Source of the DNA: Malacoraja senta
Taxonomy: Eukaryota
Assembly (NCBI GenBank): GCA_038087875.1
Contig: JAXLNO010000176.1
Span: 1-64,000 of the forward strand
Direction: 5' to 3'
Length of the DNA stretch: 64,000 nt
Part shown: positions 35,830 to 49,619 of the stretch, piece by piece
How the letters are laid out: the number at the start of each line of letters is the position of its first letter
Position numbering within the stretch: the first letter of the stretch is position 1
Notes under the pieces: model-generated
What the model saw: the letters and a program-made list of their open reading frames with translations, nothing else
The model's database searches: none
What the model was told of the DNA's origin: nothing
Program-made: the position numbers and the translations under genes

Positions 35830-38512
35830 TCTATGCAGCATCCAGATTTCTAATAGCCCTATCTTAGATGAACAGTATTTACTGATTTCCAAGATCAGTT
35901 TTGGTAGTGACATCAAATGCAGTGGGGGTGGGGTAATTCTGTTGGTAAGGAATGAAATTCAGTCCTTTGCGAGTGGTGACATATAATCAGATGATGTAGA
36001 GTAATTGTGGATAGAACTGACAAATTGTAAGGTCAAAAAGACCCTAATGTGAGTTATCTACAGATCCCCAAACAGTAGCCTGGATATAGGGTGCAAGTTG
36101 CATCAGGAGTTAAAATTGGCATGTAACCAAGGTAATGCTATGGTGGTTATGGGAGATTTCAATATGCAGGTAGACTTGGAAAATCAGGTTGGTAATGGAC
36201 CCCAAGAAGTGAGTTTGTAGAGTGCCTCCGAGAAGGATTCTTAGAGCAGCTTGTACTGGAGCCTACCAGGGAGAAGGCAATTCTGGATTTAGTGTTGTGT
36301 AATGAACTGGATTTGATCAGGGAACTCGAGGTAAAGGAAACATTTGGAGGTAGTGACCATAATATGATAAGTTTTAATCCTCAATTTGAGAGGGAGAAGG
36401 TAAATCAGAAGTGTCAGTATTGCAGTTGAACAAAGGGGACTATGGAGGCATAAGGGAGGAGCTGGCCAAAGTTGACTGGAAAGGGACCCCAGCAGGGATG
36501 ACGGTGGAACAGCAATGGCAGGAATTTCTGGGAATAACCTAGAAGATCTAGGATCATTTCATTCCAAAGACGAGGAAAGATTCTAAGGGGAGTAAGAGGC
36601 AACTGTGGCTGACAAGGGAAGTCAAGGACATTATAAAACTAAAAGAGAAGACGTATAACATAGCAAAGATGAGCGGGAAGCCAGAGGATTGGGTTACTTT
36701 TAAAGAACAACAGAAGGTAACTAAAAAGGCAATAGGGGGAGAAAAGATGAAGTACGAAGCTAGCCAAAAATATCAAGGAGGAGAGTAAAAGCTTCTTTAG
36801 GTAAGTGAAAAGGAAAAGATTATTTAAGACAAATTTGGGGCCCTTGTAGACAATAACAGGTGAATTTATTATGGGGAACAAGGAAATGGCAGACGAGTTG
36901 AACGGGTACTTTGGTTCTGTCTTCACTAAGGAAGACACAAACAATCTCCCAATTGTACTAAGGGTACTCAAGGAGGTGGCTCTAGAAATTGTGGATGCAT
37001 TGGAGATCATTTTCCAATGTTCTATAGATACTGGATCAGTTCCTGTGGATTGGAGGGTAGCTAATGTTGTCCCACTTTTTAAAAAGGGAGAGAGTGAGAA
37101 AAGCAGGGAATTATAGATCAGTTAGCCTGACATCGGTGGTGGGGAAGATGCTGGAGTCAATCATTAAAGATGTAATACTGGCGCAATAGGATAGCAGTAA
37201 CAGGATCGGTCCAAGTCAGCATGGATTTACGAAGGGGAAATCTTGCTTAACTAATCTTCTGAAATTTTTTGAGGATGTAACAAGTAAGATGAATAAGGGA
37301 GAGTCAGTGGGTGTAGTGTATCTGGATTTTCAGAAAGCCTTTGATAAGGTCCCACACAGGAGATTAGTGGGCAAAATTAGAGCACATGGTATTGGGGGTA
37401 GGGTATTCACATGGATAGAAAATTGGTTTGCAGACAGGGAACAAAGAGTAGGAATTTATGCGTCCCTTTCAAAATGGCAGGTAGTGACTAGTAGGATGCC
37501 GTAAGGCTCGGTGCTGGGACCGCAGCTATTTACAATATATATGAATGATTTAGAGGAAGGAGTTAAAAGTAACATTAGCAAATTTGCAGATGACACAAAA
37601 CTGGGTGGCAGTGTGAACTGTGAAGAGGATGCTATGAGGATGCAGGGTGACTTGAATAGGTTTGGTGAGTGGACAAATGCATGGCAGATGCAGTATAATG
37701 TGGATAAATGTGAGGTTATCCACTTTGGTGGCAAGAACAAGAAGACAAATTATTATCTGAATGGTGTCAGATTAGGAAAAGGGGAAGTGCAACAACAAGG
37801 ACCTGGGTGTCCTTGTACATCAGTCATTGAAAGTAAGCATGCAGGTACAACAGGCAGTGAAGAAAGCTAATGGCATGTAGGCCTTCATAACAAGAGGATT
37901 TGAGTATAGGAGCAAAGGAGGAGTTGTATAGGGCCCTGGTGAGACAACACCTGGAGTATTGTGTGCAGTTTTGGTCTCCTAATTTGAGGAAGGACATTCT
38001 TGCTATTGAGGGAGTGCAGCGTAGGTTCATGAGGTTAATTCCTAGGTTGGCAGGACTATCATAAGATGAAAGAATGGAATGACTGGGCTTGTATTCACTG
38101 AAATTTAGAAGGATGAGAGGGGATCTTATAGAAACATATAAAATTATTAAGCGATTGAACACGCTAGATGAAGGAAACATGTTCCCGATGTTGGGGGAGT
38201 CCAGAACCAGGGGCCACAGTTTAAGAATAAGAGGTAGGCCATTTAGAACAGAGATAAGGAAAAACTTTTTCACCCAGCGAGTTGTGAATTTGCGGAATTC
38301 TCTGCCTCAGAAGGCAGAGGAGGTCGATTCACTGGATGCATTCAAAAGAGAGTTAGATAGAGCTCTTAGGGCTCACAGAATCAAGGGATACGGGGAGAAG
38401 GCAGGAATGGGGTACTGATTGTGGATGATCAGCCGTGATCTCATTGAATGGCGATACTGGCTCGAAGGGCCGAATGGCCTACTCCTGCACCTATTGTCTA
38501 TGTATCTATGTA
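35830..38512 (+). mobile_element. CR1/HER1-like LINE ORF2 (EN + RT), decayed, with an internal deletion near 36960
   Basis: GDFN and SDH endonuclease motifs, DWRVANVVPLFKK, QHGF..GKSCLTNL, YLDFQKAFDKVPH, KFADDTK; tatgtatc tail. 5' boundary approximate. Confidence 0.92.
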
Positions 38513-38762
38513 TTCTGTGTGCACCTAATGGCTTGAGTATATACCATACAAATATACCATATTGTTTTATTTCTTCAGTTCAGACATTGTTTTCAAATTC
38601 AACAGCCTGGACTACTGAACCTTTATCCACCAGGAAAGTAACAAATTTGGAGAAATTCCTAAATCTGTCACTAAACAGTTTTTAAGTTACCTACTGTACC
38701 TCAATAAGTCAAATTGGCAACATAACCTCAGAAGGCCATGAAACAAATTTACTGAATCCTAA

Positions 38763-39262
38763 AGGCTCTGTCTTACCTGTTTGCGGTCATCGGCGGTGAA
38801 GCGCGGCGTCGCCGGTAGCGAGGACCGCGTGGCAACGGCGAGAGCGTCGAGCCTATCCACCAGAGCGCCGCACGGATGCTGCGCGGGGGCCGAGTTAATT
38901 CAAACACGGCGGGTCCCACGTGCTTGCGGTAAGTAAATAAAAGGGCGGGCCGACTGCGATGACGTCGGCCCGCCGCACGTGACTCACCAGCGGCGGCTGT
39001 GGCAGTGGAGGTTTGACGCACGGTGCTCGAGCCATACTGGCGGCGGCCCGTGCGAGCGGCCGTGCCGCACTCGTGCATCACTGGTGGAGGTTGTGCGGTG
39101 AGTATTTAGTTTTGGACATTGTCGATTTTATTTTAGCACCGCGCGGTGTTGGGAACACCGCCGCACGGCCCGGGAATTGTACTTTCTCACGAGTGCGCGG
39201 TCTATGGCGGCAGATTCTTCCCGTTTCGCCGCCATAGACCGCAGACTCGTGAGACAGGCCTT
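38763..39262. mobile_element. GC-rich Harbinger-like MITE
   Basis: Imperfect TIRs aggctctgtcttac / gtgagacaggcctt flanked by TAA on both sides. Confidence 0.65.
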
Positions 39263-40317
39263 TAAGGTTCAGATGAATTTATTGCCATATATTCTCTGCC
39301 ACAGAAGGCCAATTCATTGGTGTTTTCAAGAAAGAGTTAGGTTTAGCTCTTCGGGCTAAAGGAGTCAAGGGATATGGGGTAAAAGCAGGAACGGGGTACT
39401 GATTTTAGATGATCAGCCATGATTATATTGAATGGCGGTGCTGGTTCGAAGAGCCGAATGACCTACCCCTGCACCTATTTTTCTTTGTTTCTATATACGC
39501 CAAGATGCAATGAAATTTCTTGTTCACATTAACTTCACTGAGTAATGATAAACACACTAAATACCACAACAAGTGCAAAACAGCAGAATGGTGCAAGATT
39601 GTAGTACAATCTGAAATAATGTAAAAAAAAGTACAATGCACACTAATGGAATAGGAAAAAATATATAATAACATAATAAGTAAAAGGACAGGATTTTGTA
39701 AAACCGATAATATCAAAAGCTTGAAAATGTTATGGAACAAAGATATTTTTGTTAGACACAAAATGCTTGAGTAGGCTGAGTTACTCCAGCATTTTGTGTC
39801 TATCTTCAGTTTAAACTCGCATCTGCAGTTCCTTCCTACACAAAAATATATTTGTACTCCATCTCTGTGTAAAAGCACTGTAACACTTTTTATTACTTTT
39901 TAACATGGACATAACCTATCATTCAACTACTAATTAGCACCCAAATATGACTGGAAATATAGATTGTTGGCCACGGAACCGTTGATCAAATGAATTACAC
40001 CTTTTTTCGCAGAAGTAATTAACCACTCTACCTGATATAACTGACAATCAGATCTATGACTGAAAAGTCTGCAGGATTTTGATCACTGGGGAATCTTTGA
40101 ATTGTTGGATAACCACTGTCTGAGAAATAATTTCAATATATCTAGCCTCTCTAATATGTCAAAGATTTGTGGACGTCAACCATTTTTTCAGGCATCAATT
40201 AGGAATGCTGGTGCACAGATTAGCAAAAATGAAATTTCATTTAAGAGACACTTTCAAGCCTAGTTTGTCTCATAGATGTAGATGCACACTGGATTACATT
40301 GCACAGAGCCCAGAGAA

Positions 40318-40637
40318 GGGCGGCACGGTGGAGCTGCGGTAGAGTTGCTGCCTTACAGCGCTTGCAGCGCCGGAGACCCAGATTCGATACTGACTACGGG
40401 TGCTGTCTGTACGGAGTTTGTACGTTCTCCCCGTGACCTGCGTGGGGTTTCTCCGAGATCTTCAGTTTCCACCCACTCTCCAAAGACGTACAGGTATGTA
40501 GGTAAATTGGCTTGGTAAATGTAAAATTTGACCCGAGTGTGTGTAGGATAGTGTTAATATGTGGGGATCGCTGGTCAACATGGACCCGGTGGGTCGAAGG
40601 GCCTGGTTCCGCACTGTATCTCTAAACTAAACTAAAC
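40318..40637 (+). mobile_element. HE1/V-SINE-like tRNA-derived SINE
   Basis: Pol III-like head ggcacggtgg...gattcgatac, central ggagtttgtacgttctccccgtg domain, CR1-like 3' end gggcctg..tccgcactgtatctctaaactaaac. Confidence 0.85.
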
Positions 40638-41132
40638 AAAAGTAGCTAACAATTAAAAATAAAATCCCTCTTCTTTCGTGCACAGTATTAATAAATCCAT
40701 CAGAGAATTTATCAGAGGCAAACATGTTTCATTTTTGCCTCCTGATCTACCATCACATTTAACATACCATGTGGAAGACAGTGTCTCCAAAAATCTTTTC
40801 CCATTTCTTGTTGTCATAGTGACTGCAGGTCAGGTAATGCCTTTAGGCTCCCTCCCAACTAGCTAAACTTTGTGCAGATTTTTGAGAATTAGTATTTTTT
40901 TTCATGGTACTGAACCCAGCATGGAATGTCACTTTAATGACACATTTCAAACAGTCAAGGCTGTACTATTTGTGGTGGTGTTTCTGCTGCCAATTAGCAA
41001 CACAAGTTTCTTGAGACTATTTAGCTATGTTGCCTTTCGCAACTGAACTCAATTTTGTTTCCAACTTGATTCACACAAACATCCTCATTTGCAATCAAGT
41101 GTATTATAATGTGATGAGTGATGTGTGGAGAG

Positions 41133-41425
41133 TTTAGCTTAGTTTAGTTTGGAGATGCTGCGTGGAAACAGGCCCTTTGGCTCACCGAGTCCCCGCTGAC
41201 CAGCGATCCTACACACTAGGGCAATTTTTTAATTTTACTATATCCCATTAACCTAAAGACCTGTACACCTTTGGAATGTGAGAGGAAACCGGAGCACTCG
41301 GAGAAAACTCACACGGTTACAGGGAGAACATGTAAACCCTGTACAGACGGAATCTGTAGTCAGGATTGAAACTGGGTCTCTGGTGCTGAAAGGCAGCAAC
41401 ACTACCACTGCGTCACTGTGCCACC
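41133..41425 (-). mobile_element. HE1/V-SINE-like SINE
   Basis: Reverse complement of the 40318 family. Confidence 0.8.
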
Positions 41426-41480
41426 CATCGAAGATTCAAACAATAAGTGAATTCCATGTAGCAGGGCTTAAGCCGCTGAA

Positions 41481-41577
41481 GGTATGGTGTGGTACTTTAT
41501 GGTATGGTATGGTATTTTATAGTATGGTGTGGCACTTTATGGTATGGTATGGTGCTTTATGGTATGGTATGGTGTGG
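41481..41577. repeat. (TATGG)n compound repeat
   Basis: Directly visible; adjoins tttatttgtcacatg, so probably the tail of a minus-strand retroposon. Confidence 0.8.
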
Positions 41578-41910
41578 AACTTTATTTGTCACATGTACTG
41601 AGGTACAGTGAAATTCATTTGTGTATACAGTTCAGTACAAGTATCAATATACATGAGCATTTAGATCTTATTGGTGGGAGGGTTGAGGAAAGAAAGACTG
41701 GCTTCACCACAGAAGCCAGGAGCAGAAGAATCTCCGGCTGCATACTTTTTCACAAAACCAACTCAGGCATGACTCTTTCTATTTTGCCAGATTACATGTG
41801 AGTCGATCAGGAAGGTGGAAAGAGAATGAAAGAGAGATCCCAATAATTGAATGAGTAGAAGGATAACAGGAAATATTATTATAACCCTTAGTCAAGAACA
41901 ATTGGTGCCA

Positions 41911-42216
41911 GGGGCGGCATGGTGGCACAGCAGTAGTGTTGCTGCTTTATAGCGCCAGAGACCTGGGTTCGATCCGGCTGCTGTCTGTACAGAGTTTGTA
42001 TATTATCCCCATGAACTGTGTGGGTTTTCTCCGGGTGCTACAGTTTCCTTCCACACTCCAAAGACCTACAGGTTTGTAGGTTAATTGGCTTGGTGTAAAT
42101 GTAAATTGTCCCTAGTTTGTGTCCTTATAGTGTTAATGTGCGGGGATCGCTGCTCAGTGTGGACTCGGTGTTCCAAAGTGCCTGTTTCCACGCTGTATCT
42201 CTAAACTAAAAAAAAA
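41911..42216 (+). mobile_element. HE1/V-SINE-like SINE
   Basis: Same head, core and tail as 40318. Confidence 0.85.
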
Positions 42217-42869
42217 CACCTTTCAGATAATGAACACTGTGAGAATTAATTGCCACATTTCCTACCACAGATCAGTCATAGTACCATCTTTGGTTAACTT
42301 TTTTGATAATGATAAATGATGTGATCAATGAAGAAAAGAAACATAATTAACCTATTGTTCAATGTTCGTCAGAAGACAAAGCCAGTGTCTCAAGGGTCAC
42401 TCTGTTTTAAAAGGCCTCAATACAACACAACTGCCCTTTTTACAGCTAATGGATCAGGTCAGGAAAAATCACCATCTTCAGTCCTCTGCTGTGTTGAGCC
42501 ATTTGATCGAACCATTGAAATGCAAATTTTATAAAATTCAAACAAACAGATGAAAGTTGTTACCCTTTTCCCTCCGGAAGACAAAAGAAAAGCTTTTATC
42601 CTTGCCAGCAAACATAAAATCCTTCTTTGGGAGGGTGAGTGATAAAGGGCGGGTAAGGGCTGAGATTAGAATCTATGATTCAGGGATACCTGGACTACAT
42701 TATTGTCAGTGCCGTAGGTGGCTGCTATTGGGTATGCAAGCAAAGAATTTCACTGTGCCTTGTCACCTGTGACAATAAAGTATTCAATTCCATTCTATTC
42801 CATTCCATTATAGAAATCGTCCCATGGGTGGACTCATGGTCTTTGAAAAATCACTCTGGAATAAATGAT

Positions 42870-43250
42870 TATATAAAATTCTTAAGGGATTAGACAAGCT
42901 AGATACAGGAAAATTGTTCCCCATGTTGGGGGAGTCCAGAACCAGGGGTCACAGTTTAAGAATAAGGGGTAGGCCATTTAGGACTGAGATGAGGAAAAAC
43001 GTTTTCACCCTGAGAGTTGTGAATCTGTGCAATTCTCTGCCACAGAAGGCAGTGGAGGCCAATTCACTGGATGTTTTCAATAGAGAGTTGGATGTGGCTC
43101 TTAGGGCTAACGGAATCAAGGGATATGGGGAGAAAGTAGGAACAGGGTACTGATTTTGGATGATCAGCCATGATCATATTGAATTGTGGTGCTGGCTCGA
43201 AGGTGCGAACGGCCTACTCCTGCACCTATTTTCTGTTTCTAGGTTTCGAT
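42870..43250 (+). mobile_element. CR1 3' fragment
   Basis: FPMLGESRTRGHSLRIRGRPFRTEMRK, close match to 38140-38500. Confidence 0.9.
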
Positions 43251-44429
43251 GACAAGATTAAAACAATTAGAATATAAGGTCTGGACAGTGGTACGGTTGA
43301 AGCTCTCTGGGCTGGGTTTCTGATACCAGCTTTAATCAGATAAGCAATCTTAATTACTTGCAACTAAGTGTTTGCACATCACGGGTTAGTGAGGTGATAT
43401 GTAATTTACAAAATAGAGGAAAACCATTTGTCCCACTGGTCCATATCATTCATTGTGATCCCATGTCTGAAGAAGGGTTTCAGCCCGAAACGTTGCTTAT
43501 TTCCTTTGCTCCATAGATGCTACCTCACCTGCTGAGTTTCTCCAGCACTTTTGTCTATCTCCCTTCCCAATCTCAGTCTGTCTGCATATCTTTAGGTTCA
43601 TGAAGTACCATCCACGCTTCACCTAAAATGAATCTATAGTGTTCGCCATACACCACCTCATGAAAAAACAAAGATCTGCAGGTTTACAATAGAAGATGCA
43701 AAGTGCTGGAATAACCCAGTGGGTCAGCCAGCATCCCTGGAGAACATGGATAGGTGATGTTTCAGGTCAGGACCCTTCTTCACCTTGTGTAGCAAATTTC
43801 AAAATCAACAGAACACAAAAATAGAGGAAATAGGCCATACAGCCTCTTGTATTGCTCCGCAATTCATGAAGAGCATGGCTGAATATAGATTTGAAATGTT
43901 GCAATAAATGATTTTAAAAACTGAAAGCGAGATTATCCAAAAGAGCGAGGAAACATGAAAATTATTAATAGTTTAACAAAGTGGACTATGAATTCCTCTG
44001 CTCACAAGACAGAGAAAGATGGTCAATGTAGTTCCTCACTGCTGCACTTAATGTGCAGTAGAAACCTCTCCTTCCTTATTAATAACCATGTGCACATTGA
44101 TAGGATAGTTCATAAATCAGGTTCATTTCCAGATGAATTCAAATCCCCAAATAATCCTAATCACATTTAAAGGGACAATTTTGGGAGACAGCATGGCTGG
44201 TTGGGAGTGTATCTGGAGATTACAGAGTCTGTCATATTAATGAATGGAAATCAAGGGCTAAGCAAATGGGGTAGAATTTGTGTCCTCTGTCACTTTTGCT
44301 AAATGTTTGATTTAGCAGCTCTGAGCCTTGTACTTCCCTTCCAAAATTATACTACACCGTGAAAGCAATGGAGCTGAATTCAGAAACAAAGTTAAAATAC
44401 ACAAATGCAGTTTTTAAATCCTGTCATGG

Positions 44430-44890
44430 AGTCATCGAGACATACAGCGTGGAAACAGGACCTTCGGCCCAACTTGACCAACATGTCCCAGTCACACTAG
44501 TTCCACCTGCCTGCGTTTGGCCCGTATCCCCCTAAACCTATCCTATCAGGTAGCTGTCTTAAACATTCCAATATTCCCAGCCTCAACTACCTCCTCTGGC
44601 AGTTTGTCCCATACATCCACCACCCTTTGTGTGAAAAAGTTACCCGTCAGATACCTATTAAATATTTTTCCCTTTCGTTAAACTTATGTCCCTTGGTTCT
44701 CGATTCCCTTACTCTTGGCAAGAGACTCTGTGCATTTACCCGATCTATTCCTCTCATGATTTTATACACTTTTATATGATCACCCCTCATCCTTTTGTGT
44801 TCCAAGGAATAAGAGTCCCAGCCTGCTCAAACTCCCCCTATAGCTCAGACCCTCAAGTCCTGACAACATCTTCGTATATCTTCTCTGACC
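44430..44890 (-). mobile_element. CR1 3' fragment
   Basis: Same family as 21415-21710. Confidence 0.8.
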
Positions 44891-45774
44891 CTTGTCTGTC
44901 TGAAGAAGGGTCTGTCATTTGTATTAGTGACCATACGCCTTATTTCGAAAGGTGAGAGAGAATAAGTTACACAGTGATGGCGAAATAAGGAGAAGGGTGT
45001 GGTAGGGAGTCGCTGGAAGGCACTGACATGATCGCTCAAGAGGAAGTTGGCACAGCCCCTTGGCATAATAAGTAAGCTAGATATTATATATTCACTTTTA
45101 ACTAATGCATGCCATTCACCTAATTACTTAATCCCACATCAATATTCTGAATTTTATGTTTTTCTTAAGAGATGAAGAATTTAAAAAAATCAATGGCTCA
45201 AGGGAATCTTTTAAGAATATTTATCTTATTATGCCTCATTAGGCATTGAATATTGCTGACGTGCAGATAAATTGATATTATTTTACTTTCAACTGCAGAA
45301 GGTTTCCTCGTCTGCATAATACCGGGGGGCAGAGTCAAAGCTTTTTTACTGAATAAAGATCACTTTGAATTGAACAAAAATTCCAAAATGAATTAACCAT
45401 TCTTTTCACTTGCTGATCTTATTTCCCAGATCGAGACCATATTCACAAAAGTTTGGCATTCTTCCTAAATTCCTGCTTTTGAGTCCTGTGCTGGAAGAAA
45501 CTGAATTGGAACATAAATACCAAGATTCCTTTCCTCTACGAAAGTGGTGTGGAATATCAGTGGTCATTGCCATCCAATTTTACATTATTTTTATTTTATT
45601 TAATTGTAGGCGAGATGCAGATTTAAGTCAGAAGGGATAAAAATTACTATCTATCCCTAATTGCGTTCCTAAGTTATTCAGTGGTTGGTTAAAACCTGAA
45701 TACATTGATAGGTGTAGAGTCATTCATAGACCAGCTGGAGTAGATGACAGATTTTCTTCCCTGGTGGATATCAG

Positions 45775-46063
45775 AGACTTTAGACGAGAGATACAGCATG
45801 GATACAGACCCTTCGGCCTGCCAACTACGCGCTGAGCAGCACTCACCCCGTGCACTAAGGACAATTTACAATCCACAGAAGCCAATTGATCTACAGACCA
45901 GTATGTCTTTGGAATGTAGAAGAAAACCGAAGCACCCAGAGAAAAACTGTGTGGTCACAAGGAGAAGGCACAAGCTCTACAGACAGCACCCATAGTCAAG
46001 ATCGAATCCGGGTCTCTGGCGGTGTAAGGCAGCAACTCTAGCACCCCGCCAGTGTGCCGCCCC
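45775..46063 (-). mobile_element. HE1/V-SINE-like SINE
   Basis: Ends in gtgtgccgccc, the reverse complement of the SINE head. Confidence 0.8.
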
Positions 46064-47032
46064 TTGTTATTTTTTAAAAACATTTTGGTGACTTTATTAA
46101 CACTTTATTAATCGTTGAACTCTCTAACTTGCGTTCATAACGAAAATATAAAGAAGATGGTATTTTTAATCTGAGGAAGGGTCCCAAACTGAAACATCAT
46201 CTATCCATGTTCTCCAAGGGATGCTTCCTGACCTACTGACCTACTCCAGCACATTGTACCTTTTTCTTGTAAAGTAGCATTTGCAGTTCCTTGTTTCTAC
46301 AATTTTGACTGCTCCACTGTGAAATCTCCTCAAGGCATGCCTACTTTGAAGAAGATCTTCTCTCTCCAACAGGAGTTCTGTGAGACCCCCCTCCCTAACC
46401 CCCCCCCCCCCACCCTCCCCCTATGTGATTCCTGCTGCTTTCCTATTCTACGACCATGTTCTGACTCGGACCGCAACTACGTGCGTTTCCGCAACACTTA
46501 CCCGGTCTGAGGAAGGGTCTGAACCCGAAACGTCACCAACCCATGTTTGCCAGGGATGCTAACTGACCCGCTGAGTTACTCCAAAACGTAGTGTCCTTTT
46601 TTCCGTAAAGTCTTGTTTTTACACTTCGTATTTTTAATGCTTCATCTCAATAAAACATCAAATTCAGAATGTTGGTAGAGTATTGAGTAATTAGGTAAAT
46701 GGCACCGTTTAGTTGAAAGTGAATGTATGCTGACTAACTGACTTATTATAACAGAGAGAGATGCCGTACAGTCATGCCAAGAGACTATGTCATCTTCCTC
46801 TTGTGCAAACATGTCAGCGCCAACACTCCCTTCTTATTTCTCCATCACCGTGCAACTAATTCTCTCGTATGTTTTGAAATAAGGTGTGTGGAAATTAATA
46901 CAAATGATGGGGTTAAGAGAAAACAATTGTGCATTTTTGTTGGAAAAATGTCTACAGGTACGACACCCAGTTTGCCAGTATTATCATTGCATCGGAATAA
47001 TCCATAAACTGACAACAGAAAAAGCTGTGACT

Positions 47033-47084
47033 AGATAAGATCAGATAAGATCAGATAAGATCAGATCAGATCAGATCAGATCAG
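47033..47084. repeat. (AGATA/AGATC)n pentanucleotide repeat
   Basis: Directly visible. Confidence 0.9.
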
Positions 47085-48703
47085 GATTAGGAAGGAAAAA
47101 AAGAGTTAATGTTTCTGATAGATGAAAGGTCATCAGAACTGGGTGAATAGCTGAAAGTAAAACAGGTATTAAGGTTCTGAGAAAGAGAGAGGAGAGGAAA
47201 GAGCAAAAAGGCAATGTTTATGGTGAGTAGAAGATAAAATTATGATGTTGGCAATAACTGCTCAGGCATCATCAATGGAATGAAAGATGGAGTTAGTGTT
47301 ATAAATCAGTGACGGTCAGTTGAAAGGCCATCATCCTAAAAGGAAACTTTGCTTCTGTTGTCATAGAATGCTGTCTAGTCTGTCATTTTTTTCTGTTTGT
47401 AATCTGCTTCTGTCTAATAGAAATGATACTGCAAAGAAAACCCGACAGATGAGAAACGTCGGATGGGGCTGGAGGAACTGTCAATGGGAATAGCAGGAAA
47501 CTGATCTGAAATTGTTGGACACAGTACTGCATCAGATGAAAGACAAGGTGCTGCTCCTCGAGCTTTCGCTGAGCTTCATTGGAACTGGTTAGAAATTCAG
47601 CTTCAAAGTGGGGATTAAAGTGACAAGAAACCAGAAGCCCAAGGTTATGCTTGTGGTCTGAACAGATGCATTTTGCAAAATGGACTCGTGATGTAGAGGA
47701 GAATATATCGTGTTCAGCGAAAACAGTTTATAGAAACAAAGCAAGCCAGTGGTACGTAGAATGAAAATAATTGGATGTGCAGGGAGTCACAGCATTTGCA
47801 ATAGAGAACAGTAGCAGGTGATGGTAGGACTGACTCTACTGTAATTTGAGCTACAGCAAGTAGATTTTCTTCCTTTAATATTCATGCATTTTAATAAGTA
47901 GTGTGCATGACTGGCAGCATTGTTATTTGAAACTGTAAATCAACCTTACTAAGACAGAATGAACAGTACATTTGCATTGGTTATAATTGCTGGGAAATTA
48001 ATTCCACCTCTTCAATTTGTCATCTTAATTATTACACAAAAAAACCCCAAATGCTCCCTGCTTGGCTGAGTTTTCTTCAAATGCTCTTTGAGACTTTTTG
48101 GCAGGAAAATTTGACTAGGGTAATCATAAACACAGATTATGCTTCCAATTATATTTTAGCTAATCTCAATATAGCAGAAAGACAGTAAGGATGTCTCATT
48201 CTAAAGATATCCTGCCAACCTTGCTAAAGTTCCACTTACCATAACTGCCACATTACTGTTATTGATTCCAATGAGTAAATGATTTGTGTAATTGTGGACC
48301 ATTCTGTGTCTGCAAGTTAAAAGAAGTGTTCACTCATTACAAATGTTGTCAATAGTCCCTCCAATAAATGGTCTGTTTTGTTTTTTCAAAGTTCATACCC
48401 TCAACTGTGCATTCTTAAAAGGATGGAAACATAGGTCAGGGTGAAATGCGGTGGTAGGTTTTGGATGACATCAGGAATTTATTCGGTCCATTCAAAACAG
48501 AGAGAAAATATTAACAATTCCTTAACGTTAATTTTTCAGATGGATCCATTACAACTAATAGGGAATTATCACTGTTGTTAGAAGAAATGCTCACCTTTTA
48601 CTTTTCGATTTACAATGGTGGGTTCATTGATCACACTTGGGCCAAACTCACTTGTAAACTTGACATTCAGTGCAGTAACACCTCCGTTTGTTTCCAGGCT
48701 CTC

Positions 48704-49020
48704 CGGCATGGTGGCGCAGCGGTACAGTTGCTGCCTTACAGTGCTTGCGGTGCCGTAGACACGGGTTTGATTCTGACTACGGGTGCTATCTGTACGGAGT
48801 TTGTACGTTCTCCCCGTGGCCTGCATGGGTTTTCTCCGAGATCTTCGGTTTCCTCCCACACTACAGGTATGTAGGTAAATTGGCTTGGTATAAGTGTAAA
48901 TTGTCCCTAGTGTGTGTAGGGCTGCGTTAGTGTGCGGGGATCGCTGGTCGGCGCGGACTCGGTGGGCCGAAGGGCCTGTTTCCAGTCCACGCTGTATCTC
49001 TAAACTAATCTTAAACTAAG
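48704..49020 (+). mobile_element. HE1/V-SINE-like SINE
   Basis: Same family as 40318. Confidence 0.85.
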
Positions 49021-49619
49021 CTTCAAAGCATGACTGAGTGGTGTTGCTGGAGCAAGGGATCATTGAATTTCCTCTTGATCTCTTCCTGTCCCATATCAGA
49101 ATGCAACATATGACTTTGAGGAGGCATATTGCAATGGCTGTACCACAGCTGAATTTTAATGTGCAAATTTGTCATGTCTTCACTTCAAACACATGATAAA
49201 ATAAGCTCAATATGTGGGAACAAGTACAAATATCGTCAATTTTCGGGACAACCAGAGCCAGAAGCAATTCTCAAGTAAAATATGCTGGATTTAAAACTCG
49301 ACCTAAATTATAAGCTGAGGAAACATGCCCATGGATTATCTTGGGTAACACACATCATTGGTAACTTTGGCATTGCTTGAGTTTACTCGGAAGTGTTGAG
49401 TGCAGAAAATAGCAAGGAATAATAGTTCTTGCAATGAATGGTTAACAAATTTATACTTACCAGATATATTATTCCAACAGAAGGAAACATATTAGGACTT
49501 TGCATTAACAGTGTGATATGAACATCAAGATACACATCTCCCTTTTTGAGGTGGAAATGAATGAAAAATAAACTGATCTTTCACGTAATTATCACAGTTT
49601 ATTAGTCATGAACAACAAC

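Noticed and set aside
40318..40400. tRNA gene
   Set aside because: tRNA-like head of a SINE continuing into the SINE body; no full cloverleaf.
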